Both the position numbers and the translations under genes were made by a program. Positions 38,216-52,373 of a DNA stretch of 64,000 nt are shown here, in pieces. Below the pieces are notes generated by a model. The model was not told the DNA's origin. It made no database searches and saw nothing but the letters and a program-made list of their open reading frames with translations. Source of the DNA: Adineta vaga (taxonomy: Eukaryota; Animalia; Rotifera); contig CP075492.1 of assembly GCA_021613535.1 (NCBI GenBank), positions 19,964,001 to 20,028,000 on the forward strand. The letters are read 5' to 3'. Position 1 is the stretch's first letter, and each line of letters starts with the position of its first letter.

Positions 38216-38590
38216 ACCAGTCCAGTTCCAAGTCTGATCATCATAATTTAATACATATATCAACAAGATTTTATCTTTTGGATTACGATATCCTATTCTA
38301 TAGTCCATTTTGCATTCAACAGTTTCTCCTTTCTTTTATTAGTTAAATAATGTATTATTTGACAATATTTTGTCGATGTGAAAACTATATGCAAGTCAAA
38401 GTTTTTTTGCCAATCAGTTCACTACAATTGTTTGGTTTAAAGAACAAAAAAAAAGAAAAAAAATTGTTTGCTAAGCAACCTCTTGCCGTCAACGTCTTAC
38501 CGTGCATTTATAAAAAAGTGAGACGAAAAAGAAAAAGAACGGTAATTTTTAACATTCATCATATATGCAACGTCAATCAAGTTCATTTCT

Positions 38591-40854
38591 ATGATATTAC
38601 AACCACGTTTATACGCTCGTACTCGAGCTCGTAAAACAAATCGTTCTCTTCCATGTTCGTTCAGACCAGTTGTTCTCCTTCTTCTTGATGCTGATGCTGA
38701 TTCAAATTTGATGATCAGACATTTAAGTAAAGACCCAATACTTTGTCAAGTGATCGTATTATCAGACGTCAATGATTTGAATCAATATTATCGAATGCAT
38801 GACAACAATGATGATAATGATAATTATATATATTTTGTGAAATCAGCTTCGTTTATTGAGCGAATCGATGAATTAGCAAATACAAATGATAATTTTTTTT
38901 CAATTTCTACTGATCATTATACGCTTGATTTTAATCAAGTTCCTGATGAAGAATCTGGACTTTTCTCTGACGAAGAATGCCTTGCCAAATTTTTGAGAGA
39001 TTATTTTAATTCATTTCTTACATTAGCCGATGTCGATTTATCAAGTCAAAGTGTCTCATTGCAGACACCACGTTTTGCTTGGTTTCAGTTCATGTTTAAG
39101 TTACTTTCAACTCTTGAACGATCCGATATAGGTATGGAAGAAGTAATTGATAGATTACATGTTGCTTATCACTCTCAATTGGATATAATCGAAGAATTTA
39201 TTCAAACATATTCATCAGAAAAAGCAATTGAATGGTGTATGAAAGACTCATTTTATTTTAGTCGCATTAATCGCACATTACGTAGTAGAAGTATAAAAGA
39301 TGTTTTTACTCATCGAACAATTTTTCGTGATGTCGAACAAAGTCTTATTTCATGGCATAATAATCAAGAAACAGAGTGGGACTTTTTTTACCAATGAATG
39401 CTTATCGTGATCAAAAGACTTCAAAACAAGAACTTCAATCATGGCAATCTAACATTGGTTCTATCATTACAATGACATCATTTTTTTCAACAAGTATGGA
39501 TAAAAATATTGCTTATGTATTTACAGAAACATTTGACAATGAGGATAATGATGATGAAGCTACATTGTTCACGATTCGGGTGGATAAAACCATAGCACCA
39601 AAAGCTATTTTTGCTTACTTATATCACGCTGATTGTGAGCCAGACGATCAAGAAATTCTATTCTCTCTACGAACATTATTTCGTATTGATAAAGTCAAAT
39701 ACGAAGAGTATGACAAAACATGGTACATCGACATGACAGTTGTTGATGAAACTAATGAAGAGGTACAAAAAGTAACCGCACCATGGAAAACATCAGTTTT
39801 AAAACATAATGATTCTTCTCAATCTACAAATAATTCACTTATCTATGTACGTGATTTGTCGGCAGATAATGAAGTTTTTCTTTCGTTTCAACTCTCACTT
39901 GATATAATACTTCGCTTAGATCGAAATGATTTTGCGCGTCAAGAAATGCTTTCAATATGTCGAACGAAATTTAGTAACGATCTATTTGCATTAGCAAAAA
40001 TTCATCGATTCGAAATGACCTATCGTCTCGAACAAGATGCAACGAAATGGTATACAGCAGATAGTTTTCTTTATCGACTTCTTAACGAAGTTCTTCGTGC
40101 TGAAACTATTGATTCTATATTTAAACTACGTTATTTTATTCAAGATCTTCATAATCAATTGGCTCTTTTGCAAGTCGATTATTTGAAAAGATTACAAAGA
40201 TACAACTCTCCAATTTTAAAATTGTATCGTGGCCAAGTTATGATATGGAAGGATTTTGAAAATAAGTTCCGTGCGAATAAAGGAAATCTCATATCAATGA
40301 ATAGTTTCCTATCAACTACAACAGATCGCTATGTAGCACGGGCGTTCGCTAGTGATGGTGCTGTTCCAGATCCGCAAGTTCATGTATCTGTATTGTACGA
40401 AATTATAGTTGATACTCGATTGTCTCATTCAGTGCCATTTGCTGAAATTGGTGATCAGAGTAATTTTAAAGATGAAAATGAGGTACTCTTCTCAATGGGA
40501 GCTATTTTTCGAATTGAAGAAACTTGTGAAGAGCATAAATGCTTATGGACCGTGAAGTTAACTTTAACTACTGATGAAGATGAACAATGGAATATTTTAA
40601 CCGAACATTTACAACTATCGGAAGAAACATTTAATCAAACGAGTGAACAAATACCGATGATTGATGTTAGAAATGAAGAGATTAGTATTATCCCAATTAC
40701 TACGAGCACAAAACAAAGAAGAAGCCGTAGTTTTGATAACTACTGTTACTCGAAGCATGAGTTTCGTCGATCAGATTGGTCTGAATCTTTCCGAATACAA
40801 ATGGGTCGACGATTTGAACATCCAGCCTTCCAACCTATTTACAAAGAAATTTAG
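38591..40854 (+). pseudogene. Tandem double ADP-ribosyltransferase gene with a frameshift at a T run (~39385)
   Basis: Domain 1: AYRDQ/FFSTS/DQEILF. Domain 2: LYRGQ/FLSTT/ENEVLF (R-S-E type). Confidence 0.75.
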
Positions 40855-40902
40855 TTTTATTGATTGTTCCATTCTATGATTTTTATCTTAAGCTACAAAC
40901 AG

Positions 40903-41269
40903 CATCTTGAGGATAGGTGTAGGTGTGTGTACCTTTTATAACAACAAAGGGCGCCCACACCTAGGGGGAAAAAGCGCTACTCCAATACTGCAATACTTCG
41001 CCCATACTCCATTGTACTCCACTATACTCCATCTCTACTCTAGTAAGAGAAAACAGTCGATATTTCAGTTTTACAAAATATGTTGGAGTACGAGTGGAGT
41101 ACGAGTGGAGTAGGGTGGAGTATTAGTGGAGTAAGCTGGAGTATCACTGAAGTAGACTGCAGTATTATTGGAGTAGACTGGAGTAGATTGGAGTATTGCT
41201 GGAGTAAGGTGGAGTATCGGAGTACGGAGTATCGCTTTTTCCCCCTTGGTCCACACGCACGCCCTCTAG
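40903..41269. repeat. Hairpin H16 interrupted by a MITE
   Basis: catcttgaggataggtgtaggtgt...cccacac[MITE]ccacacgcacgccctctag. Confidence 0.75.
40961..41248. mobile_element. MITE, P-like TIR C(A/T)AGGGGGAAAAAGCG, with 8-bp TSD
   Basis: Inverted termini, internal tactcc/ggagta subrepeats, flanks gcccacac / gtccacac. Confidence 0.85.
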
Positions 41270-42306
41270 TATAGAAGATAGTTTTAAAATGTTCAAAAGA
41301 AGTCCGAAAGATGTCTCTTAAAGATTTGCTATTGTAAATTAGTGAATAGAAACGTTTTTTGTGAAAAGTCCAATCGATTAAATCTTTATTGACAACGTTT
41401 TATTTCATTCAATTAAATTTTTTATTTATACAATGTATATTATGATCATCATCAGCCACTCGCATTCTTTCAATAATTGATTGTTTATTTCCTCCGTCAG
41501 AGATTCTTTGTCGAATTTCTGTTCATAATAGTTCAATTTCAATTGAAACAAAAGTAAAATAGTTAGTATTAATCTCAAGGGGGAAAAACTGATTTAAATT
41601 ACTCAAAACTCAAATTTAAATCAATTAAATCACTGTTAAATCAAATAAATCAAATAAATCAGTTTTGAGTCAAATAAATCAAGTAAATCACTTTCGAAAA
41701 CATTTCAATCAATAACGAAAACTATGTGAAATTAATTTGTTCTGCATTGTATTATAGAATCAATTGTTTCGTCTCGAATATATGACCAACGTGTGCTTTA
41801 TACAACTATAAAACATTTTCTTTCGCATATAATTTTCATGTTGTTCGTGTATTTAGAATCGAATAGAACGGAAAGAAAAAGAGTTTTCCTCGATTTGTTA
41901 TATCATTATAAGACGGAGACATAGGAAAAAAAGACACATTTTCTTTCTCTCGGCTCGTTATCACATTCATTTTCATCCTATCTTTCGATTTATTCACTCG
42001 TCTTATTTTATTTAATTTCAATCTGACTGAAGATAACACGTGCATCATTTTTTTTAATAAAAAAATCGAAAATGAATTAGAAACGAAGACACTCCTCTTC
42101 TATCAACGATTAGTAACATTAGAAATGAACTCTACGATATACATATTAATTTTCTCTGATTCGATTATCCAGCATTTTCACATGTTATAATGATTATAAT
42201 GCAGGCAACTATTTTCTATATGGTAATGACGCAAAATATGTCACATATATTCTGTATCAATTCTCTTGTTATTGATTACATTTTCTCTGTTGAGTTTTCA
42301 TTTTAG

Positions 42307-45300
42307 ATGACCTTTTCTCTACCAGTCGATTCTCTCTACCTATCAGGTGATTCATTTTACAACGTTGTTGAACAATTTTGCGGCGATCAAGCAGTAGAAT
42401 TGCTTAAATTTCAACTGATTGATACCTCTATGAATTTACTTGAAGTTGAGGATGTTTTTTCCATTTTGTATTTCGAATCTGATCGCACTGAAGCACTCAA
42501 AGAAATATTGGGTTTTCCATGCAAAGATGAATTTGGTAACTATTCGTTCTTTATTATGCCAGGAATTCGTCTGAAGCTTAACAAGTTTATTCATACACTT
42601 CGTTGTCTTTTACCATCTATTGATTCATCGTCAACTATTGAACCTTTGATAATATCATCTGATTTAATTCAAAAATATCCATTTTTGATTGATCTTATAT
42701 ATTGTTGTGAATCCAACTTATTACCTGATTTTCTGCTTGACTTTATTTCGAACATGATTTCTAATTTAACACGAGCAAAAAACGGATATCGTTATAAACA
42801 ATCGGTGAAGAATTTCGCCACATGTCTTTACATATTGGGAGGAAGAACTGTGCATGAATTTGTGCGGATGAATTTGTGCGGATCTGTACCAAGCATACCT
42901 AGTCTTCGGGCTGGAATTACATCTGAAAAGAATCAGTATGTGGAAGGTGAATTTTACTTTGATCGTCTGAAAAATTATATGGATTCTTTCAAATGTACGT
43001 ACGCATTTGTCGGAGAAGATTGTACCGGTGTTGTGCCAAGAATACATTATGATGTTCATTCCAACTGTTTTATAGGATTTACTCTTCCACTTAAAGATGG
43101 ATTTCCATCCACGTACTACTTTTCTACTAACTCATTAGCTGAACTTGAAATGTGGTATAGTAGAATAGATAAAGCGTCTCTCCTAAACGTGCACGTTGTG
43201 CAACCTTTATCTCCATTGAATTCAACTCCACCACCATCGTTTATTCTTTCAGTCTACGGTACAAACGGGAAGTTTACTGCTCAGGATATTCTTCAACGCT
43301 GGTTGAAAATATTTGATTTGTGTTTTGAACGAAATATAAGAATATTAGGATTTTCAACTGATTGTGATCCAAGAAGTTTAAATGCGATGCGTAATGCTAT
43401 GGGTTTTTTTTTCAAAATCAGACTTACAATTGGAAGAACATCAACATCATTTTCACATTTCATCATTAAAAGTTAGTAATCTATTACTGTACTTACAGTA
43501 GAACCTCCCTTAAATGGGCACTAATGGGACAGTCCCAAACTGCCCACTTAACGGAGGTGCCCTGTTTAGAGAGGTTCACCTTCCTACGCGTTGAAAATTT
43601 GTCTGGTATACACATATACACAAAGATCAGTAGAAAACTAATATGGTTGATATGTTGTTAGGTTACATAAACTACCCTTTATTCTAATTTCGATACAAAG
43701 TCATTTTTTCTTTATTTAAACAAATAAATTAATTTCTGTATTTACAATCAAACTCGTGAAAAAAAAATCTGTAATAGAACTTTGTTTACTGCTTTTTGAA
43801 TCAATATAAGTGTCAGTCAATTTCGACTCTAACTCGCTTACTAGTTCATGAAGCTCCGGTTGACGAACAGACACAAGTAAATGTAGTTTTCGAATCATTT
43901 CAAGCGCATCCACAATTGATGGCGGTTCTTCTAGAATAGCTTCATCTTCATTTTCTTCTTGATCTTGTTCATTGTCTTCCGTAATTGAGAAAACTTCTGG
44001 ACTGTCCTCCCACTCATTAAAGACAGGAATTTCATCATCAATCATCACATATTGAGTTGCCGATAATTGAGGACCATCAACTCCGAGATGCGAAAGAAGA
44101 GTGTCCAGTTTCTTAAATAGTTCATTGTCGCTAACTTCACTAATTTCTTCTTCGACATCTTCAACTGTATCAGACAGATTACGATGTTTGAAACCAGCCG
44201 TGTGAAATGTATTACGAATAGTCGACTCGGTTACATTTTTCCAAGCCGCCTCGATCCAGTGAATAGCATCCAGTGCGGTAATCACTACTTCATCAAGCGA
44301 AGATGCTAATGTACAGCTACTGATAATATGTTTCACTAATCGACTTCGGTAATATACTTTAAATGCACGAATAATTCCTTGATCAAGTGGCTGTACTTTA
44401 CTAGTAGTGTTTGGAGGAAAGAATATCATTGTAATATTGGATAGTTTTAAATCAACTGGATGCACAGGAGCATTGTCGAGAAAAAGCAAGATCTTTCTAA
44501 AATGAAGAGTAAATAAGGATTTTACATTTTACTATTGATTTGATAAAAAACGACAACGATTAAAATAGTTTTTATGAAAGCTATACATACCGTTTCTCTT
44601 TTTGCATTTGAGTATTGATTGAATTGATCCAATCTGTGAAGATAGAAGCATTCATCCATGCAGTGCGATTCCATTTCCAAATGATAGATAATTTATTAAT
44701 GTTAACATTTTTGAAACATCGTGGTTGACGACTCTTTCCTGTGAAAGGAATAAAAATGATGACTCATAATAATCAAAGATTCATACTCACCAATAACTAA
44801 TGGCTTCAACTTATGTGTACCTGACCAATTAGAACATAAAAGTACTGTGTAGCGTTCTTTCGAACGCTTCCCACCCTTGCATGAATCTTTTGACAAGACC
44901 ATAGATCTTTCAGGTAACAACTTGAAAAATAAGCCAGTTTCGTCAGCATTGTAGACATTGTCCATTGAATACGAATCGAGCAAAATGGGCAATCTTTTCT
45001 TCCACTCCTCTACGGTAACCGGATCGACGCTTGCACTTTCTCCAGATAGTGCACGAAACACTATCGCATGACGATTTTTAAATTTCTCTAGCCATCCATT
45101 CGACGCTTTGAAGGTTCTAAAATAAATAATGAGAATAACAGCGAAACAGTTTCAAAATGTCACACTTACCCTGGCAAAATCCCAATCGATTCTGAAACTT
45201 CTCGTGCCTTTTCTTGTATCAATGGTCCAGATATTGGAATATTCTTTGATCGTTGTCTCACAAACCATGAGAATACTTCTTCGTCGATCTTTTGTCCTGA

Positions 45301-47525
45301 TTCGTCTTGAAGTTTTCGTTTAACACCTTTGTTTGCATTCATTTGAAAATCGGATTTATATTCGTCTTTTCGTTGTAGAATGTTGTAAACAGCACCCTTC
45401 GATATTTGGTACCTAACACATAACGTGCGCTGTGAGACTCCAGCTCCATCAGCATAGTCGTTGATCAACATGATCTTCTTTTCAAGAGATAGATGATTAT
45501 GAGAGGCCATTTGAATGTTATGTCAGCCAGGAACAACTCACTACACCACTCTTTATACTGTATTCTTAATTTAATTCACACTTTCGTATGAATAGACGAT
45601 AACTTTTCATGTTCGATTTGGACGGAAATTTTATTCCCATTGAAGGAACAACAAAGGACGGCAAGTGATAAAAGAATTATGCTTTGATTGGAACACGAAT
45701 CACATGTGCCCATATAAGAGAGGTTAAGACGTATTATGAGGACCAAAACCAGTGCCCACTGCCCAGAGTTCCGAGGTGCCCTTGTAAGAGAGGTTTATTC
45801 TCATGGAAAACTAATCGGGCGGTCCACCGAGCGCCCATTTAAGCGAGGTGCTCTTGTTAGAGAGGTGCCCAGTTAGAGAGGTTTCACTGTACTTTAAAAA
45901 CAGATATTAAAATACTATAATCAGTAGTTTGATTATTTTTCTTTTATATTGCTTTAGAATAGTTGTTGGTTTTTTCTTAAGCCAAAACAACTTTTTGTTT
46001 GCTTTCAAGATACCGTGCATATTTGCACGAAACTTCGCAATCGTCTTTTAGCTCCTGATATTATTTTATTAATTGGAGAAAAACATGCAACTGTTGATTA
46101 TCTGTTAGAATTAATTGAAAACTATTCAAGATTTGATCATGCTTTAACCGTCTCAGATGTACTTGTAAGTGATAAACAAAATTACTGTTCTTGCGAGAAA
46201 ATTTCAAATGAAAATGTTCCTACTTTTCTTAAAAAAATTCCAAAATCTGAAGCATTACAAGCCTATCTCCATGTAAGATTTTGTTGATTTCTATCTTCAT
46301 ATGACTCTCGAGAAATAATATGATATTTTCTTACATGTTTCAGCTACTTTAAGCACCAGATATTTAAGAAAACCGTTTTTTCTAAAATTAATCCTAAATG
46401 AATTATAAATTACATTTTTTCTCAAAATCTATTGAATATCTGAATGTTTTTATTTAACAATAGCTGATTCGATTTGTTCGTCTGGCATTTATTGACAAAC
46501 AAACGGACACTATTGATCGATTATATTACTCGTGGACCGCGGTATTTATAGTTCGCCTCTGGTCTTCATGGTTAGGAATAATCGACTTTAATGATCTTCA
46601 GAAAATAATCTTGGATTTGTTACCGACAAGTTCTATGAAATCTATTTCGAAACCAGGATTATTTATAACCGTACCAGCTTTATTCTCATTGGAAATGAAT
46701 GCTCATACTTTGACATACTTGATGGTTCTCGTCGCTGAAAAAATAATAACTGAAGAAGCTCTGAACATATCACTTTTCAATTCACAAATATGTGAAAACG
46801 TTTTCCGCTTAGCACGATCAATGTCTGGACCATTCTCCAGTGTGGTGAATTTTTCTATCAATGAATTTCTTCAACGTGTTGAGAAATTGACTGTTCTTAA
46901 AAATATCAAATGTTCGTCTGATTCAGGCGTTAATAATCTGCTTTTCCCAAAACATCACAAGCAATCACAGCAAACACATCAATTGCCATCAATGAAGGCA
47001 ACGAATTATATTACAGAAGAACTTATTGAAAAAACTGTATTTAGTGCTTATCTTCGTGCTAGCCAAATTCTTTCTGATTGCAATCTATCGATTCTGAATC
47101 CCGATGGTAACAGTATATCATTTGAAGAAGTTAATCAATTAGCTCACCAAAAACTAACAAGATCGCAATGCAAAGCTTTTAGTAAAAAGGATAATCAATC
47201 GAACTATGATAAACAAGATGAAGATGAAGATCTTCAACAATATCTAAGTCAAAAGCAATCTAGTGGAGTAAATATAATGGATGATGTAGATGAATTGATA
47301 TTGGATGATGAGTCAGATGCAGACATTTTTTCAAATGTATCTGCTTCAACGTTTAATGGAATGCGAATCTTTGATTCCATCAGTGCACATCAAACTGGAT
47401 CGTTCTTTCCCGTTGATATAAATGGAGAGAAAAAATTCTTGCATAAACAAGCGGCAAATTGGTATTTCTCAAAAGCAAAACATACTTTATCATCTGATCG
47501 ATCAATTAGAGTTCAAAAGAAATAG
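42307..47525 (+). CDS. P-like transposase (exons ~42307-43471, 45958-46272, 46463-47525); +1 T frameshift ~43405
   Basis: GEDCT, FSTDCD, FQDTVHICTKLRNRLL, DKQNY, NSQICENVFR motifs. Confidence 0.75.
43496..45889 (-). mobile_element. pogo/Tigger transposon nested in an intron of the P-like transposase
   Basis: TA-cagtagaacctc..gaggtttcactg-TA. Spliced transposase 45510 to 43716 with CENP-B HTH, YNADETGLF, LFLDNAPVH, QPLDQGII. Confidence 0.92.
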
Positions 47526-48203
47526 TTTTTCTATATATTTGTCTTCTAAAAAAAAATATATGCAAACTATTTGCATAATAAAAGATGATCGTTCAATATT
47601 CCTATCCTGCCCTTTGATGCAATCGACTAAGATTCAAATCTTGCAGTCAAAAATATATACACAACAGTTTATTTGTTTTTGAAAAAGGAAAAGAACGCCT
47701 CGAGTTAATTAAATGATCTCTCTTATATGTATATCATACACTACATTAAACAAACTAGAACATGTAAACTGGAGAAGTGAGTAACCAGCTATATCTCTGT
47801 AAATCGTTTGATGATATCTGATTTACGTGATTTTTAAATCAGTTTAAATCAGTTTTAAATCAAAAAAATCACCTAAACTCATTTTAAATCAATAAATCAC
47901 AAATTGTTTTTTCCCCCTTGCTGTTTCTTCATTATTTATTTGACTATTGGAACGTGTTTAATAGAAGAAACACGTAGTGTTAGTGACACCCATGACAATA
48001 TTATAATATCCTTCATGCAACAAGGTATTTTTTTCAAATGAGAAAAAGAAAGCAGCGAGAAATCTGATCTATAAACTGTAACATACAGAATTGAAGTATT
48101 AATATAATCACCGTAGACTTACCTGATAACACTGTCAAAGCATCAGTTTAGTCATCTTCGTCATTGTGAGAAACTTTTGAAAACAATCCGTACTCGCAAC
48201 AAA

Positions 48204-49273
48204 ATGAACATAACGGCCTTGTCTCATACTCAAATCCTCACTTCTGAAATTCGATACTATGGCTCCTTGGTTATCATAGTCATCGGTACTATTAGTTCCA
48301 TCTGTAATCTCATAACATTTACTGCGCCTCAACTAAGGAGTAACTCATGTGCCTTCTACCTTCTAATTTCAACTTTCTTCGAGTTCTTCACGATCACTTT
48401 TGGGCTCCTTTCCGCATATTCGTTCGAGCTTTTTCGCAGTGCTTTGTGGAACACCAATCAGATATTTTGTAAAATTCGTTCCTTCGTTGCTCACGCTACT
48501 CCTTTGATTGCTATTTACCTGGTTCTACTATCATCAATCGATAGATATATGTCATCGTCTATGCATGTTCATTTACGCGCATTTAGTCAAATGAAGATGG
48601 CTTATCGAGCGACAATAGCAGTGATTGGCATCGCTATCCTTTCATGTACACCTGTTGTTGTTGGGTATGTTGTGCGGCCAAGATGTCGCAAAATGCCTGG
48701 TGCTTATGAAATGTTTGATAGTATATTTGCGGTGTCTTGGCTAGGCGTAATTCCACATTCGTTGATGTTAGTGTTTGGTTCCCTTACTTTCTTGAATATC
48801 AGACGATCAAAAAAGCTGATAAGGGGACAGATAAAAACGATTGCTGCCGCTGAAAATCATCGTCAACGCAATAAGCGAAAAACAGATAGGCAATTGATTG
48901 CAGTAAGTTATCGATCGACCTAAATCAGATTTCTTTTGTAGTTAATTTGGTAATTTTCTTTGTTATATTTCGATATTTATAGATGATGCTTATTCAAGTA
49001 GGAGTGACGTCAGCATTAAATTTTATATATCTGATTCCTTATGTGTATTATTCTTTCAAACCAGCGTCTCTCCATGATGATCAACTCGTGAGCATCCTCG
49101 TTGAATCAATCATAAATCTTATCTTCTACGCTAATTATGCTAAATCATTCTATATTTACACATTATCAAGCAAACATTTTCGTTCAATCTTCGCCCGAAG
49201 AATCAAATTATTGATTCGAATGATTTTTGGTCGACATGCACCAGCTGCTTTAAAACCAAACAAGGGTGTATAA
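48204..49273 (+). CDS. Rhodopsin-family GPCR (intron ~48904-48982)
   Basis: Seven hydrophobic segments, SIDRY, FYIYTLSSKHFR. Confidence 0.85.
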
Positions 49274-49281
49274 TATATTAC

Positions 49282-49332
49282 GTGGGGTGGATGTGAGTGT
49301 GAATGTGGATGAAGGCTGTGCACCCACATCCA
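49282..49332. repeat. Telomere-like hairpin H18
   Basis: gtggggtggatgtgagtgtgaatgtggat-gaaggctgtg-cacccacatcc. Confidence 0.7.
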
Positions 49333-50019
49333 TCGTATATTCGCTACTTGTAACTATTGATTTTACAATGTAATCAGTTCTGTTTAACGACGCAGATTAT
49401 AAGGATTCTTTTAAATCAATAGATTTTGAGATAAATAAATCCTTCAAATTTAATAAACTATTTTTATTTTTGTCTACTCTTCATCTCGATTGCATAGTCG
49501 AACAAATCAATGCGCTTAAGGTGGTTTCACTTCCTCCACCTAAATATGTGATCTTGAGTGTTGATAAACTTGGTTTCATTTTTTAAGAAGTACAAAAACT
49601 CTCAAATCAGTTAATAAGCAAAAATTTCAGGCAAGTCATACATTTCTATAATCATACCAAACAAAAGATATTCATTACACGAAAAAAGAAAAACATCTAA
49701 ACAACATAACGCAAGTTTAAAGGAAAACATAATATTTTCAAGCATTTTCAGAGTACTTCTATTGATAGCAATAACATACTATGTGTGTCTATTTCTTTCT
49801 CATCTTTTTATTATTGTCATTATATTCTATGGTGGACAATGCAAGATCATACTAATAATAGGATGATGGGAAAGAGAAAAACACAGACTACATCGTCGAG
49901 TGTATGTGAACTAGCGACATCATATATTGTAGAGAAGAATAGAATGGAGAATAGAGAGGATAAGGAAAGGTTAGTTGATGATGGTAACAGCTGCAAATAG
50001 GATACGAAAGAGAACAAAA

Positions 50020-50690
50020 ATTGACAATAATATATTGATTGAATTTCATCGCATTTGATACGATTCTTTATAATGATTAACCTAATTCCATCAGGTATTT
50101 ATATATAAAAACTTAAAAGATCAATTTTCGATTGTGGTGCTCGTATAAATAAACGGTCCAAAACTTTGCTACTTTTACGGATATATATGGTCATTCTCTA
50201 GATTACGGTTATATGTCTCATCAACTTTTACTGAAGTTTTGTATGAAAAACCATATTATAGACAGAAGAGCATAAGCAAAAAACAACTTTCTTCTTTGTT
50301 CAATAAGAGATATAGTTATTTTCTTTAAAAGATTTTGAATACAAATTCTCCATTCGGATCTTGTTATTCTATCAACTCCTAAATACTTGAAACGTTTAAC
50401 AAAATCAATTTTTATACTTTTATTTTTCACTTTAGGATACAATCGAATTACAACATCATCTACTAAGAAAAGAAAAGGTATTGAACTAGTTCTTTGAAAG
50501 TTTGTGGACCTTTTGGTATATATGCTATTGGATATCGAATGAGTGCACGAAATCTCTTCTGAATTGCGTACCATAATATAGATTCTGTTTAATGATCTCT
50601 CTAGTTTTTCATGGGTAAAAATAGTTCGTAAAACTCCTCTCAAAGTCGTCGTTTAAAAAAAGAATTAAATAATATCCCTATGATCTCTAA
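50020..50690 (-). mobile_element. Non-LTR retrotransposon RT remnant
   Basis: ..LVDD..IDFVKRFKYLGVD.. with stops and frameshifts. Confidence 0.55.
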
Positions 50691-50916
50691 CATTTTGTCG
50701 CAGAAAAAAAAATGATCTGCTCCTCACTTTCGATCTGATTTAGGCAATGACATTATATAGACACAGATATGTAAACACTTATTACTAGATATATAGCTGG
50801 CTGGACATGAATACAAACATTAAAAAAATATAGAAGTATTTAGTCATAGATAAACATATATATTTAGCTGCACTGGGTTTTTGGCTGATATAATTTTACA
50901 CAAATTTTCTAGTTAT

Positions 50917-52373
50917 ATGTTGTGGTGCTATCGTTGCTGTCATTCTACTTGTCATGGCTCTGACTGCTCTTGTTCGTAAGTATATTGTGTTAATGCGATT
51001 ACTTGATGTTATTCCAAGGGCGTAAAAGCGTCCTTATGTCAGAACACTTTTGTTCTGTATTTGAGTAAAACTAAAGGTCTGAAAAGTTAGAGACGCCAGA
51101 AAATTTAAGAATTCTGTTACACGTCGTCGGATCACTAGGATTCTATTTGTAGCAGCAATACCCTCAACGACGTACAAGTCTTCCGATGAATTCGTCAAGT
51201 CTCGAATGGAAAATGGTCGTTACGTTAATTCATTCAATCCCGAATACAAATTTCCCAGTCTGGGAGCTGTTTTGTGGTGGAAGCTCACTACACAAGTGAA
51301 CACACGATTGCCAAAGACTATAGAAGAACTTGATAAATTTTTACCTGTTATTCGATATGAGAAACCTGAAGAACTATATCGAACAACACCCGGTCTACGA
51401 TTTAACTGGATTGGACATGCTTCATGTTTTGTTCAAATGAACAATTTTCGATTTCTCGTCGATCCGGTTTTCAGGTAGATGCTTTTTCTTCTCTCTCTTG
51501 CTCTTTTGAGAAAACAAATTGAATGATTTTAGTGAACGATGCGGTATAACATCATTTATCGGACCGAAACGTTTCCGTCCACCAGCATTAACAACCAATG
51601 ATCTACCTGAAGATCTCGATGCTATATTTATTTCGCATAATCATTTTGATCATCTCGATTATCCAAGTGTAAAAAGTTTAAATGCACGTTATGGAAAACG
51701 ACTAACTTGGTTCTGTGGTCGAGGAACTCGGCAATGGTTTCTCGATAGTCATGTACAAAATGTTGTCGAACTCGATTGGTGGGAAGAGTATCATTTTGCG
51801 GTAAGAGATGAGTAATGATTTGGAAAAGTTTTTCAAATATTTATTTTTTATTTTTATTTTAGAAAAAAGGAGTGAACATTGCTTTTTGTCCAGCTCAACA
51901 TTGGTAATAATATTCATTGTTCCTTTTTTTTTTCGTAGCAACGAGAGATCGTTTATTCTAGGAGTCGTCGGACTGCATTCGATCAGAATAAATCTTTGTG
52001 GGGTGGTTACGCGATTTCGGATGCTACACACAGATTTTACTTTGCTGGCGACACAGGTTATACTCATAATATTTCCATTTTTCGAGAAATCGGCAAAAAA
52101 TATGGTCCATTCGATTTAAGTGCTATACCAATTGGTGCTTATGAACCTCAATGGATGATGGCAGCTCAACATGTGTCACCAAGTGAAGCTGTTCAAATAC
52201 ATATTGATGTGCAATCGAAAAAATCAATTGGTATTCATTGGGGTACATGGGCCTTGACAGATGAATATTTTATGGAACCACCTGAGAAACTTTCTCAAGC
52301 AGTTAAAATCAATCAACTTGATCCGTCATCATTTATTGTAGTTAAACATGGTGAAATTTTCGATTTATCCTAG
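50917..52373 (+). CDS. NAPE-phospholipase D-like metallo-beta-lactamase (multi-exon; 5' end uncertain)
   Basis: WIGHAS, VDPVFS, ISHNHFDHLD, ELDWW, PAQHW, YFAGDTGY, PIGAYEP, IHWGT. Confidence 0.88.

Larger units (their letters stand above)
41576..47920 (+). mobile_element. Large P-element/THAP9-like DNA transposon
   Basis: TIRs caagggggaaaaa / tttttcccccttg, aaatc subterminal repeats at both ends; no matching TSD seen. Confidence 0.8.

Noticed and set aside
41071-41274. Repetitive ORFs on both strands
   Set aside because: They derive from MITE subrepeats.
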